Assembly: GCF_009914755.1 (NCBI RefSeq)
Contig: NC_060925.1
Reading direction: 5' to 3' (one strand)
DNA length: 64,000 bases
DNA from: the human T2T-CHM13v2.0 reference genome, Homo sapiens
The notes beneath the pieces are model-generated. The model had not been told where the DNA came from. It searched no databases and was given only the letters and a program-made list of their open reading frames with translations. The position numbers were made by a program, and so were the translations under genes. This document shows, in pieces, positions 1 to 42,844 of this stretch; the stretch's first letter is position 1, and each line of letters starts with the position of its first letter.

Positions 1-744
1 CTAGAAACAAAGAAGGGCAGGGGCTATTCAGATCAGCCAGGCAGCAGGTGTTATTCACAGTCCCCAGTGGCCTGCTCTGCAGAAAACATGGGCATCTTTC
101 ACCACTAAGGCAATCAAGAGCCATCCCTGCTGCAGACTCCCAAGAAGGAGATGCTGCTGCATGCCACCTTGCACACCATTATCAATGCAGCAATGAGGAT
201 GCCTGTGCCCTGAGCACACCACGCCAGACTCAAGCCATGGTTCCTCCACATGTGACCATGTTTCAGACCCCAACTCTCTGCCTTTTTTCCATGGACACTA
301 TAATCAGACACTGGTGCCACTACCACTGCAAGCATGCCCTCAAGCTGAACCTGGCATAAAAGGAGAGCCTCTTGGCCATGACTTCCCAAGTGGAACAAAA
401 AGAGATTGGAAGGACCACAATAGCCTTCACCACTGAAGATCCTAACAGCTCTCACTATTGCTGAGGACACCCACAGCCTTGGCCACTGAGAACATCTGCA
501 ATCTTTGTCAACACCAATCTCAGCTGACAGAGCTGCATGCAGACTAAACTTCTGCATCCTCACTGGAGCTAGAACTTCTGCATTCCTTCACTCTCAGCTG
601 GTACCTTTAGTCCTATCTCAAGGGGACGATTTTTCTCTGCTAAAATCAGTCTATAAAGTCTAGAAGAGATCAATCCATCAATGTGCAGACATCAAAGAAA
701 GGCAGCAAGAAAAAAACAGGGAAACAAAATACCACCAAAAATTG

Positions 745-918
745 TATGCCTGTAATCCCAGCTACTCAGGAGGCTGAGGCTGGAGAATCACTTGAAACCA
801 GAAGGCAGAGGTTGGAGTGAGCTGAGATTCCACCACTGCACTCCAGCCTGAGCAATTTAATGAGACTCTGTCTCAAACAAAACAAAACAAAAACAAACAA
901 ACAAACAAACAAAAAACA
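745..918 (+). mobile_element. Alu right-arm fragment with (AAAC)n tail
   Basis: gcctgtaatcccagctactcaggaggctgagg...gactctgtctc followed by AAAC repeats. Confidence 0.85.
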
Positions 919-1655
919 ATGATTTTCCAGTAACTGACACCAAAGAAATTGAATTCTAAATTTACCTGACAAATAACTCAAAATAATTGTTTGGAGAAGC
1001 TCAGTAAACTACAAGAAAGCACCCAAACAATTTAATAAAATTAGGGAAATAATATATGAACAAAATGGAAAATTTAGCAGAGATTAAATCATTTTTTAAA
1101 AAGATAAATTCTAAAGCTGAAGAATATGATGATTGAAGTGAAAAAAGGCAATAGAAACATCAGTAGCAGAATTGAGAAGCAGAATTTGTGAATTTAAAGA
1201 CAGAGTATTTAAAAATATCCAGGCAGAAGATAAGGAAGAATGAAAGAAAATGAGGAAAAATTCCTATGGAATTTATGGAAAAGCATCAAGGGAGCTAACA
1301 TTTGCATTGTAGGAATTTAATAAAGAGAAGAGACCGAGAAAAGGACCAAAAGTTTATTTGATGAAATAATGTCTGGAAACTTTCCAAATCTAGGAAAAGA
1401 TATAGACATACAGGTGCAGAAAGCTCAAATATCTCCAATCATATTCAATCCAAAGAAGGCTACACCAAGACATTTTATAATCAAACTGTTAATAGTCAAA
1501 GACGAAAAGAATCTTGAAAGCAGTAGGAGAAAAGAAGATCCTATTATAAGGGGATCCCTAAAAGTCTATCAGGGGATTTCTCAGCAGCAATTCTGCAGGC
1601 CAGAAAACAATGGGATGATATACTCAAAGTGCTGAAAGAAAGAAAATGTCCAACT

Positions 1656-1960
<305 letters not shown>

Positions 1961-4900
1961 GAAAATTTCAACTAAAAATACTTCATAGAGCAAAGCTGTC
2001 CATCAGAAATGAAAGAAATACTTTCCCAGATGTGCAAAAGCTGAGAGAGTTTATCATCACTACATCTACCTTATAAAAAATGCTCAGTGGAGTTCTTCAA
2101 CCTGAAAGAAGGGACACTAACTGATAACATGAAAACATGTAAAGTAGAAATCTCACTGGTAAATATTAGTACATAGTCAATTTCAGAATATTCTAGTACT
2201 GTAATTGTGGTGTGTAGTATAAAGGTTAAAATGGAGAAGTATTAAAAATAATTATAGCTACAATAATTTGTTAATAGATACACAATATAAAAGGATGTAA
2301 ATTGTGACATCAAAAACATAAAATGTTTGGGGAGGTAAAAAGTATAAAGTTTTTGTATGCAATCAAAATAAAGTTATCAGCTTTAATTGCTATAACTACA
2401 AGATGTTTTGCATAAGTGCCATGGTAACCACAAATAAAAACCTATAATAGGTGTATGAAAGATAAAGAGAGAAATCAAAGCATACCACTACAGAAAATCA
2501 TCAGATTACAAGGGAAGACAGCAGGAGAGGAAGAAAAGAACAAAGGATCTATAAAACAATCAGAAAACAATTTAACAAAAGGCAGTAGTAAGTCTTTACC
2601 TATCAATAACCTTGAACGTGAATGTATTGAATTCTACAATCAAAAGATATTAAATGGCTGAATAGATTTTTTAAAAGACCAAACTATGTGCTGCCTACAA
2701 GAGACTCACTTCACCCTTAAGGGCACACATAGAGAGAAAGTGAAAAGATGAAGAAAGGTAGCCTATGCAAATAGAAACCAAAAGAGAGGAAGAGTAGCTA
2801 TACTTATATCACACAAAATAGACTTTCATTCAAAAACTATAAAAACAGACAAAGAAGATTATTAATAATAAAAATGGGTCAATTCATCAAAAGAATATAG
2901 CAATTATAAATTTATAACCACTCAATATCAGAGCACCTAAATATATAAAGCAAGTTGAATTATATTAAGGGAGAGATCAACTGCAATATAATAATAGTAA
3001 AATTATTGAATACTCCACTTTTGACAATGAATAGATTGTCAAAATCAATAAATCCTATAGGCTTTCTTTATTCCTTTTCATTATTTTTTCTCCTCTGACT
3101 GGATATTTCAAATAACCTGTCTTTGAATTCACACATTCTTTCTTCAGATTCTCAATTCTACTGTCGACGCCTCTATATGCTTTAGACACAAAATCAGTAG
3201 AGAAACATCACACTTGAACTACACTTTAGACCAAATTGACCTAACGAACATCTACAGAACATTCCATTGAACAGTAGCAGAATAGGTGTTCTTCTCATGT
3301 ACACATGAAACATTCTTCAAGATAGATCATATGTTAGGCTACAAAACAATTGTTAATAAATTTAAGAATATTGAAATCATATCGGTGATTTCAACCACAA
3401 CATTCCAACCACAACGTTATGAAACTAGAAATCAAGAACAGGAGGAAAATTGGAAAATTTACAAATATATGAAAATTAAACACCACATGAACAATCAATG
3501 GTTTGAAGAATAAATCAAATAGAAAATTAACAAAATCTCAAGACAAACAAAAATGAAAATACATTCTAAAACTTATGATATGCAGCAAAAGCAGTTCTAC
3601 ACAGAAAATTTGTAGAAATAAATGCCTACATTAAAAAAATAAGAAATACCTCAAATAAACAACCTAACATGATACCTCAAGAAACTCGACAAAGAAGAAC
3701 CTATTAAGCCTGAAAACTAGTAGAAGGAGGAAAATAACAAAGATTAGAGTACAAATAAATGAAATAGAGACTAGAAAAAAATAATTGAAAAGATCAATGA
3801 AACTAATGGTTGGGTTTTGAAAAGATAAACAAAATTGACAAACTTTTAGCTAGACAAACATAAAAATAGAGAAAACTCAAATAAATAAAAATTATAAATG
3901 AAGGAGGAGACATAACTGATATCACAGAAATATAAAAGATTGTAAGAGACTACTATAAAACAATTATATTCCAACAAATTGGATAACCTTAAAGAAAGAG
4001 ATTAATTCTTGGGAACACACAATCTACTGAGACTGAACATGAAATAATAGCAAACCTGAATGGGCCAAAAATGAGTAAGAAAATTGAATCAGTAATTTAA
4101 AGAATCTCCCATCAAAGAAAAGCACAGGACCTGTTACCTTCAGGCCTGAATTCTACCAACAATTTAAGAACTAACACCAATCCTTCTCAAACTATTGCAA
4201 AAACTTTGAAGACAGAATACTTCTAAACTCATTTTACAAGGCCAGCATTACTCTAATAACCCAACAAGACAAGGACACTACAAGAAAAGGAAACTACAGG
4301 CCAAAATCCCTGATGAACATAGATGCATAAATCCTCAACAAAATTCTAGCAAACCAAATTCAACAGCACATTAAAAGAGTCATTCACCATAATATCAAGT
4401 GGGATTTATCCCTGGGATGCAAGGATGATTCAACATAAGCAAATCAATAAATTGATATATCACATTAACAAAATGAAGTACAAAAACTACATAATCATCT
4501 CAATAAATGCAAAAAAGCACTTTAAAACATTTAGCATCTTTAGCACCTTTTATAATAAAAACTCTCAACACATTAGGATAGAAGGAATGTACCTCAACGT
4601 GATGTAGGCCATATATCACAGCCCACAGCTAACATCATACTCAATGGTGAAAACTTAAAGCTCTTTTTCTAGTACTGGAAGTCCACACCAGAGCAATTAA
4701 GCAAGAAAAAGAAGCCAAAGGCATCAAAATGGAAAAGGAAGAAGTACAATTGTCTCTGCTTGCAGATGACATGATCTTACACGTGGAGAACCATAAAGAC
4801 TCCACCAAAAACTGTTATACAGTAATATACAGGATATAACTTTAACATGCAAAATCAGTAGCATTTCTATACACTAACAACAAACTATCTGAAAAAGAGT

Positions 4901-6872
4901 TCAAGAAGACAATCCCATACTATAAAAAATAAAATAAAATGGAATAAAATACTTAGGAATAAATTTAACCAGGTAAATGAAAGGTCTCTGTACCAAAAAC
5001 TATAAAATATTGGTGAAAGACATTGAAGAAGATACAAATAAATGGATTGAAATAATTAGTATTGTTAAAATGTCCATAATACCCAAAGAGATCTACAGAT
5101 TTAATGTAATCCCTATTAAATTTTGAATAATATTTTTAACAAACATAGAAAAAAATTCTAAAATTTGTGTGGAACCACAAAAGGCCCCAATACAAAAAGC
5201 AACTTCGCAAACCAATTCTGCTAAAATTTAATGCCATTTAATTTGGCATAGTGAAATTTGTTCTTGAGAAGAAATAACAAAGCTAGAGGCATCACATTAC
5301 CTAATTTCAAAATGTACTCAAAGCTTAGTAATCAAATGAGTATGACAATGGCATAAAAACAGAAATATAGACCAATAGAACAGAGTAGAAAGCCCGGAAA
5401 TAATTTCACAAATTTATGCTCAAGTGATTTTTGACAAAGTACACACAAGAACAGGAACAAGAACACACAATGGGGAAAGGGCAGTCTTTCCAATAAATGG
5501 TGTTGGGAAAACTGGATATCTACATGCTGAAGAATAAAATTGGATCCTTATCCTACACCATACACAAAAATCAACTTAAAAACTTAAATGTTAAGACTTG
5601 AAACTGTAAAATACTGGAGGAAACATAAGGAAAAACTTCTTGACTTCAATCTTGACAAAGATTTTTTGGATCTGATCCCAAAATTATGGGCAAAGAAAAA
5701 AAGACAATATTTGCAAACCATATATCTGACAAGAGTTAGTATGCCAAATATATAAGAACCTCAGGTCAACAACAAGGAAACAAATAATTCAGTTAAAATA
5801 TAGGCAAAGAACCTGAATAGATATTACTCAAAAGAAGACATACAAATGTCCAGCAGATATATAAAACAGGTATATGTTAAACATTACTAATCATCAGGGA
5901 AATGCAAATTAAAACCACAGTGGAATAGCACCTCATACCTGTTAGAATGGCTATTATCAAATAGACAAAAGGTTACAAGTGTTGCCAAGGTTGTAGAGAA
6001 AAGGGAACTGTTGGTGGGAGTGTAAATTAAAACATTCATTATAGAAAACAGTATAGCAGTTCCTCAAAATATAATAATAGAGCGACTATATGACCCAGCA
6101 ATCTCACTACTGGATTTATATCCAAAGGAAATGAAATCAGTGTGTCAAAAAGATATCTGCACTCCCATGTTCACTGCAGCATTACAATAATCGAGATATG
6201 GAATCAACCTACATGCCCATCAACAAAATAATGGATTTTAAAAATGTGGTATATATACAAAATGTAATACTATTCAGACTTTAAAAAGAAGGAATTTATG
6301 TCATTTGTGACAATGTAGATGAACCTAAAGAGCACTATGTTGAGTGAAGTAAGTCAGCCACAGAAAGACAAATACTGCGTAATCTCACTTACTTGTGGAA
6401 TCTAAATAACTCCAATTCATAGAAGCAAAGAGTACAATGGTGGTTGTCAGGGATTGAGGGGGAATGGGGAAATATTGAACAAATGATGTAACATTTCAGT
6501 TAGAAAGTTTTGGAGATCTATTATACAGCATGGTGTTACAGTTAATAGTAATTTATTCTATATTTGAAGACTGCTAAAAGATTACATTAAAAATGTTCTC
6601 ACTATAAAAAATGGCAAGTATGCAAGGTGATGTATATGTTCATTAGCCAGATCTAATCATTTCACAATGTATACATATATCAAAACATCACATTATATAC
6701 CATAAATATATACAATGTTTGTCTGTCAATAATACCTTAATTGCCTTCACTTAAAAAAAAAGAAAAAAAGAGGAACCTAGGCCACATGGAATCCCCACAT
6801 TGCGCAGGATGCTGCACAATGTAAAATCACAAAATCTATGAAACCACCATAAACAAGATTTAAAATATGTGA

Positions 6873-7160
<288 letters not shown>

Positions 7161-7559
7161 AATATGTGATAAACTGAGGATTAAATGCCTAAAACTTCAA
7201 TTGGTAGATTTATCTGGGAATTACAGTTTATTTAAACTATTTTAAGCTTGTTAAAAATCATAAAATCAAGTGTTAAACCAATAACAGCAAAACACAACAA
7301 ATAATAAAAACACTCTGTGAAGGAATGATAATAATAATTTATTTTTTGAGGACTCAATGTCATTTCAGGCCCTGTCTTAAGCATTTTATGCAAATAATTT
7401 TAATTAATTACCAAAAAACACTATATTTATATACAATTGTTACTTCAATTTTACACACCAAGAAGCACAAAAGGTTAATTAATTTAACCAAAACTGGAGA
7501 GCTAGTAAATAATGGAGGCAAAATGTAAATCCAGACAATCCTCTGAAACCATGCTTTTA

Positions 7560-9340
7560 ACCATTTTGCTAATAAAATCTCAAAAAATGTAATCATTGAA
7601 ATAGAAAATAAATAGGTTAAACAATAAAATAGATACAGCTGAAGAAAGAACCAGTAAACTGGAAGACAGAGATTAAGAAATTACCTAAAATGCAATAAGT
7701 GATAATGAAATGAAAATTTTGCAAGACTAATTAAGAGTCATGAGACTAGAATGAAGTCTAGCAAACTTCTAATATAAATTTCTGAGGGAAAGAATTCAAA
7801 TAATGCTGTAGCAGCATGATAATAAAGAGATAATAGCCAAATATTTTCTAAACTTGAAAAAAGACATGATACCTTAGACTTGAGTTATTAATCTCTAGCA
7901 AAATAAATGCACATTTAGACAAATCATAGTGAAATTGCATAATATCAAATATAAAAAGTCTTAAAGGCAACTGGAGAGAAAAGATAGATTAATTATAAAG
8001 AAACAACAATTACATAGATTTCTCAAAGAAAACAGAAGAAGCTAGACGACCATGGAAAAAAATATTACAACTGTTGAGCACAAAGCTATGCTATCAATCT
8101 TAAATTCTGCTTTTGGGCTTTTTGGACAAATAAACTCACAGACCCTATCAAAAATGATGGGAACGTTTAAGTTCATGAAGAAAGAAATTGATTAAGAAGA
8201 AGTGGAATGTAAGAAGCCATAGATAGCATTTCATGTGAGTATTAAGGTAAAGGGATGATCATACAATACAAAGAAGTTCAAACTTCTGATCACACCATAC
8301 TCCAATTTCATCCTTTGAGGCCCTCCCTGAGCTCCAAGCACATAGCAATGGCAGGAAAAATACAAAATGTAAAAAAGCTGTGTTTGTTCTATAAAAAGAA
8401 AATAAAAATGTCCATGGACCAGAAACAGAAAATCAAAGCAGAAATGCAAATGAAGGAAATAAGAAAACAAGGATATCAAGAGAAAGAACATTAAAGCATG
8501 GAAATAGAAAGTACAGAGTTCCTGAGCTGGGACTAAATTTGGTGTGCTTGAGGAACCCGGAGGCTAATGTGCTTGAAGTTAATTATGCAAGGGGAAGAGT
8601 GGTAGGAAGATCTGTAGTATTAGTTGGAGTCTAAAACAGGCTTAGGTTGAATTCAAGTGAGATAAGATAGCATAATAATAAAAGGGAAAAGAACAGACTA
8701 TTTAAATAAATAGTAGTGCACAATTTATATGTGTTTGAAAAAAGTTAGATCCCTACCCCACATTTTAAATTAAAAAAAATGCATAAAGATAAAATCAGTA
8801 AAAGTTAGATTCTTACCTCATACCACATAGAAAAATGATGTATTGAGTGAATATATAATAAAACTATGGAGGCATTATAAGAAAATATAAGAATATTTTA
8901 TAACATGGCAACATGGTCTGATAGAAGATGACAGAAATATAGGAAAGTTAGAAACCAAGATTTGAAAAACTTGAGTTTAGCTGTGCAAAAACTAACCTTC
9001 AGTATTTTAGAATTCACTGTAAACAAAAAGTGAAGTGAAAGATTGCACAAAAACATTGTCATCGCATACAATGGAGAAATGGTCAAAAGCATAATGTTCA
9101 GTAGTTGTTTCTAGAGTGGCATAAATAGACTGGACATGAGTATGAGGGAACTTTCTGGAGTGATGAAAATAGTTTATCTCATGATAAGGGTTTGGATTAC
9201 TCAAATGCATGCATTTGTCAAATTGATGGAACTATGCACATAAAATCTATGCATTTCACTGTTATAAATTAAGCCTTAATAAATCATTCCTATAAAAACT
9301 GTAAGAAAAACACAAATGACATAGAAGATGGGCAAAGGCT
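7560..9340 (+). mobile_element. Highly decayed L1 (L1MC/ME-like) fragments
   Basis: A-rich ORF1-like and 3'UTR-like segments (ggaactttctggagtgatgaaaat...). Confidence 0.55.
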
Positions 9341-9353
9341 GAACAGAGGACAG

Positions 9354-9531
9354 TTTCTCTCTCCTGCTGCCATGTGAAGAAGGACATGTTTGCTTCCCCT
9401 TCTGCCATGATTGTAAGTGTCCGGAGGCCTCTCTAGCCATTTGGAACTGTGAGTCAATTAAACCTCTTTCCTTTATAAATTACCCAGTCTTGGATATGTC
9501 TTTATTAGCAATGTGAAAACTAAGTAATACA
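9354..9531 (+). mobile_element. THE1-type MaLR LTR 3' fragment
   Basis: gccatgtgaagaaggacatgtttgcttcccc...ctgtgagtcaattaaacctctttcctttataaattacccagtct...taataca. Confidence 0.85.
9501..9506 (-). terminator. Candidate distal poly(A) signal of FCRL1 (inside THE1 LTR fragment)
   Basis: AATAAA on the minus strand about 1.67 kb after the stop codon; would give an mRNA of roughly 3 kb. Confidence 0.45.
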
Positions 9532-10202
9532 CCCCACAAACTGATTTCCCAGACGTTGTTGGTGAAGATATAAATTGATACAGCCTTACCTGAGAGACAT
9601 TGAAGACTATTTAACAAGAATATTTAATATGCATAATCTAGCAATACTAGATTTACAAATTTATCCTTCAGATAATCCAGCAGGAGTGCCATAATATGCT
9701 AGTACAAAGACATTTGTTTGAACTTTGTTTTTATAATATGAATTTTTTGAGAGTCTCCTTAATGTCCACCAGTGATGAGAAGGATTAAAATATATTATGA
9801 TAGTACTTAATGCCACTGAATTGTACACTTAAAAATGGTTAAAATGATCAATTTTATGTTGTGCATATTTACTACAATAAAAAAAGAAAAAAGTTATGAT
9901 TTATCTATATAACACACTACTATAGAGACTTTTAAAATAGTATAATAGATCTATTTACAGATTTGAAAGTATTTCATAATAGTTTGTTAGATAGGTACAC
10001 TTCTAAATGTTTATATACTTACATGTATGCATAAGTATACATACAAAAATAGAAAAATATCTAGAGAGCTACCTGTAAAGTTTTTAACAATAGTTAACAT
10101 TTGTGTTAACTTACAGGAAAGACTTTAACTTTTTACTTTATATACCTCCAAATGTTTATTAATTCATAAGAGTGAGTGCCTGGTTATTTTAAAATTCAAT
10201 AC

Positions 10203-10440
<238 letters not shown>

Positions 10441-10864
10441 ATTAAGATACAGGTTTCAAACCATATTACCACGATTTCAAAAATTTTGTGAATAAAAGAA
10501 GACACACTGTATTTATAAAGCTTCTAGGGGCTGTAATAGATACATAATTTTGGATGTGGTATAGGTTGGCCTATATATACAAAAATACGTCACTAAAATT
10601 AAGTGGAGTCACAATAACTTTTTATGTAACTTTGTTTTAGTTCTAATTTGGTAACAGTGACTCAAAATAAATAGAATCATATTTTAGGTGGAAACTCGAT
10701 GATCCATGTAAGTAGCGGGGCTGGAGTTCTGTGCTGTCTGGGCAGAGAAAGCACTTGGACTGAATGATGGGCACAGCTCTCTCTGTGAAGTCCTGCAGAG
10801 TCACTAACCTTGAGTTCATGTGCTCTAAGCTTCACTGTCCCTCCAACCCAAGATCCCAATTTCT

Positions 10865-10870
10865 TTTATT
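10865..10870 (-). terminator. Candidate proximal poly(A) signal of FCRL1
   Basis: AATAAA on the minus strand about 300 nt after the stop codon. Confidence 0.35.
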
Positions 10871-11167
10871 CCATCTTGTTTCCTCTTGTAAACAGAAGAG
10901 CACAATATGACCTGTTTTCAAAGGAGCCGGCAGGAATCTGGTTCTGATAACAAAGTCCCTGTCACTCCTGTGTCTATTAGTTCTCCTAGGTAGTTTCTTC
11001 AGGGCTGCGCCAACTTCACTTCACAGTAGATGAAGGAATAGTGCCATGGAGAATGGCATCCAGAAGAGGTATACTGGAAAGCTAATGCCCCAGGATCTCT
11101 GAAGAACATATCAGGCCTGAGGCTTGGGGTCATGGATGGTTTTCAAAGAGCAGAATCTTCCATAACC

Positions 11168-35105
<23,938 letters not shown>

Positions 35106-35230
35106 GAGGACCAGGTCAGGGATGGTACCTAGAGATGCCTCTCATCAAAAAAAGAATGCACCTCAGAGTCGAGCAGCAGCAGCTCATCAGAGGTTTGAGG
35201 AAGTTGATATCGGAAGTTACCCTTCAGCAG
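35106..35230 (-). promoter_or_regulatory. FCRL1 5'UTR / core promoter with ETS motifs
   Basis: GAGGAAGT (35197-35204, PU.1/Spi-B type) and CGGAAGT (35211-35217) lie 90-110 nt upstream of the ATG; no obvious TATA box. Octamer ATGCAAAT at 35830-35837. Confidence 0.5.
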
Positions 35231-36444
35231 AAGTAGAAGGAAGAAGAACCCTCTAGTGACCAGTCTCCATTTCCTTTTCTATGAAGTCTGAGAAAATTAA
35301 AGATGCTCCTTTTTAAATATAGTTTGATTCAGTTCCACAAGCTGCAGATAGTACACATCAATATTTGAGGGACTTTTTCAAGAATTCAGGTATTTCAAAG
35401 GAAGTTTTCTAAAGGCAGTTTCCTACTTTGATGAGTCTCATCAGGTTATGGTCCTGCTGAAATTCATCTTTGATACATCTACAATACTTTTCACCTTTGA
35501 TAGGGATGTCTCCTGGATTGTTTCTAATTGGCACATTCTTCTTGCTCAGCAATATAGTCCCACTATGCAAACTTTCTCTAGTATAGTCATATTATGCAAA
35601 CATGTCATTAAATCAGGGACTGATGGGGCTGTCACCCCGGTTATGTGTAGTGTCTGACCCTTGCTGCATATGATGACTTATGTACAGGGTCAACCTATTC
35701 ATACAGATATACGCTTTGATATTCAAACTTTCAGTGTACCAGTAAATGAGCATGAAATCACTGAAAAATAAAATCACGGCAAATTACAATCTGGGGGATA
35801 TTTGAAAATGAAATACAGAAAAGAAGTATATGCAAATTAGCTTCAGGGCACTTGAGAAGGGTTCACCATTAGTACTAACTCTGGCATTTGTAAAATTGCC
35901 CCTCTTTTCCCTCAAAATCAGGGCACCTATAATCTCTCCCATTGCTACCTTTAGCACATTAGGGATACCAGTTCTAGGCAAGTGAAGCCTAGATTAGGGA
36001 TTGGAGGAGAATAAGCTATCTTAATTTTCAACATTTCTTAAATCCGTGAGTGTCTAGGATTAAGAATAACTAGAATGTGTGGAAAGTAACCTATTAGGGG
36101 AAAGATGCTGTCAGGCAATGATGTCTAAGTCCAGGTATCCAGCTCAATGAGTATGACTGAGAAAAGAAACTATTCAGTGATACGCAAAACCAGAGGGAAA
36201 AGGGAGCAATGTTGGTAACCAGGCTAACAGCAAAAGTGCTGAAAACGAATAGGTATTCCATAGCTTTATTTATTGGCTTAGGAAAGCCTGTGTGGGGATA
36301 AGCTTGTTTAGTGTAAAGTTTCAGGACCAATGCAAAAAAATCTCCTGAATGAGAATGTAGAGCCCTTTAAATCCAGGGTGTAAAGCTGTTTTTGCATACA
36401 CTCTGCTGTTTCATCTCTCTCTTTTTCTTTTAATCTGTTGGTTT

Positions 36445-37030
36445 TTTTAATGTTTTAATTGACACATTGTAATTGTACATATTTATGGGGCACAGTTTGA
36501 CATTGCAATATAATACATATATATGTTGTACAGTGATGATCAAATCAGGGTGGTTGGCATATCCATTGTCTCGTGCAGTTTTCATTTCTATGTGGTGAGA
36601 ACATTCAAAAGCCTCTTTCCTAGCTATTTTGTAATATATAATACCTTACTAGTAACCATAGTTACCCTACTGTGCAATAAAACACCAAACCTTATTCCTC
36701 CTATCGAATTGGCACCTTGTACCTGTTGACCAATCTTTCCCTCTCTTCCCTCCTCATTCCCTCCTCAGTCTCTGATAGATGCTATTCTATGCTATACTTC
36801 CATAATATCAACTTCTTATTTTTTTCAGATTCCACATATAAGTAAGTTCATGTGGTATTTGTCTTTCTGTGTCTGGCTTGGTTCACTTAACATGATGTCC
36901 TCCAGCTTCATTCATGTTGTCACAAATGACAGGATTTCATTTTGTATGGCTGAATGGTATTCCGTTGTATATATACACCACATTTTCTTTATGGATTCAT
37001 CTGTTGTTGGGGTCTTAGGTTGATTCTCAT
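36445..37030 (-). mobile_element. L1MA-type 3' end, antisense
   Basis: attgacacattgtaattgtacatatttatgggg...ttcagattccacatataagt... Confidence 0.8.
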
Positions 37031-37275
37031 CACATCTCTTCCTGTGTGTCCTGCTCCAGTGCCTTCACAAGATGTTCAGATTAAAATGTGTTTCCTCCTC
37101 CACAGATATAAAGGCTATAACATTTTATTTGTTAAGCTCTCTCACACTTTTATTTTTATAATGTGATAGTTCATGCATGCATACAAAAAAGTAACATGAA
37201 TATAAATTATGAAATACTACGATGAAATGAAAAGCCATGAGCCTATCCCCAGACTGTTTTAAGAACTTGAACATA

Positions 37276-42301
<5,026 letters not shown>

Positions 42302-42340
42302 TGTATTTTGTCAGAGTTCTTCAGAGAAACAGGACAAATG

Positions 42341-42385
<45 letters not shown>

Positions 42386-42844
42386 AATGTATTTAAGTAG
42401 TTGATACACACAATTATGGAGGCTGGGAATCTGCTGTGTGCAATGTGGAGACATAGGAAAGGTGGTGATGTAGTTCCAAACTATGTCTGATGGCCTGAGA
42501 ACTAGACCTGATGTTGTAAGTTCTGATCCAACTCTGAAGGCCTGAGAATCAGGGGCACCAAGTATAAGTCCCAGTCCAAGGGCAGAAGAAGATCAGTGTT
42601 CATCCCATGCAGTCATGTAGACAGTAAATGCTCCCTTCTTCTGTGTTTTTCTTCTATTCAGGCACTCAACAGATTAGATGATGCCCACCTACACTGGGAA
42701 ATGCAACATGCTTTACTCAATCTACTGATACAAATGCTAACTCATCTGGAAACATCTTCACAGACACACATAGAAATAAGGTTTAACCAAATATATGGAT
42801 GCCCCATGACTCAGTGAAATTAACATATAGAATTAACCATCACA
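42302..42844 (-). mobile_element. MLT2-type LTR (5' LTR of the ERVL)
   Basis: The minus strand begins TGTGATGGTTAATT and ends ...AATACA; contains (TG)n. Confidence 0.85.
42346..42381 (+). repeat. (TG)18 microsatellite
   Basis: Direct reading. Confidence 0.9.

Noticed and set aside
48-563. Overlapping 72-149 aa ORFs at the window start
   Set aside because: They lie in the GC-richer 5' region of the old L1, similar to 27950-28300, and have no recognisable domain.
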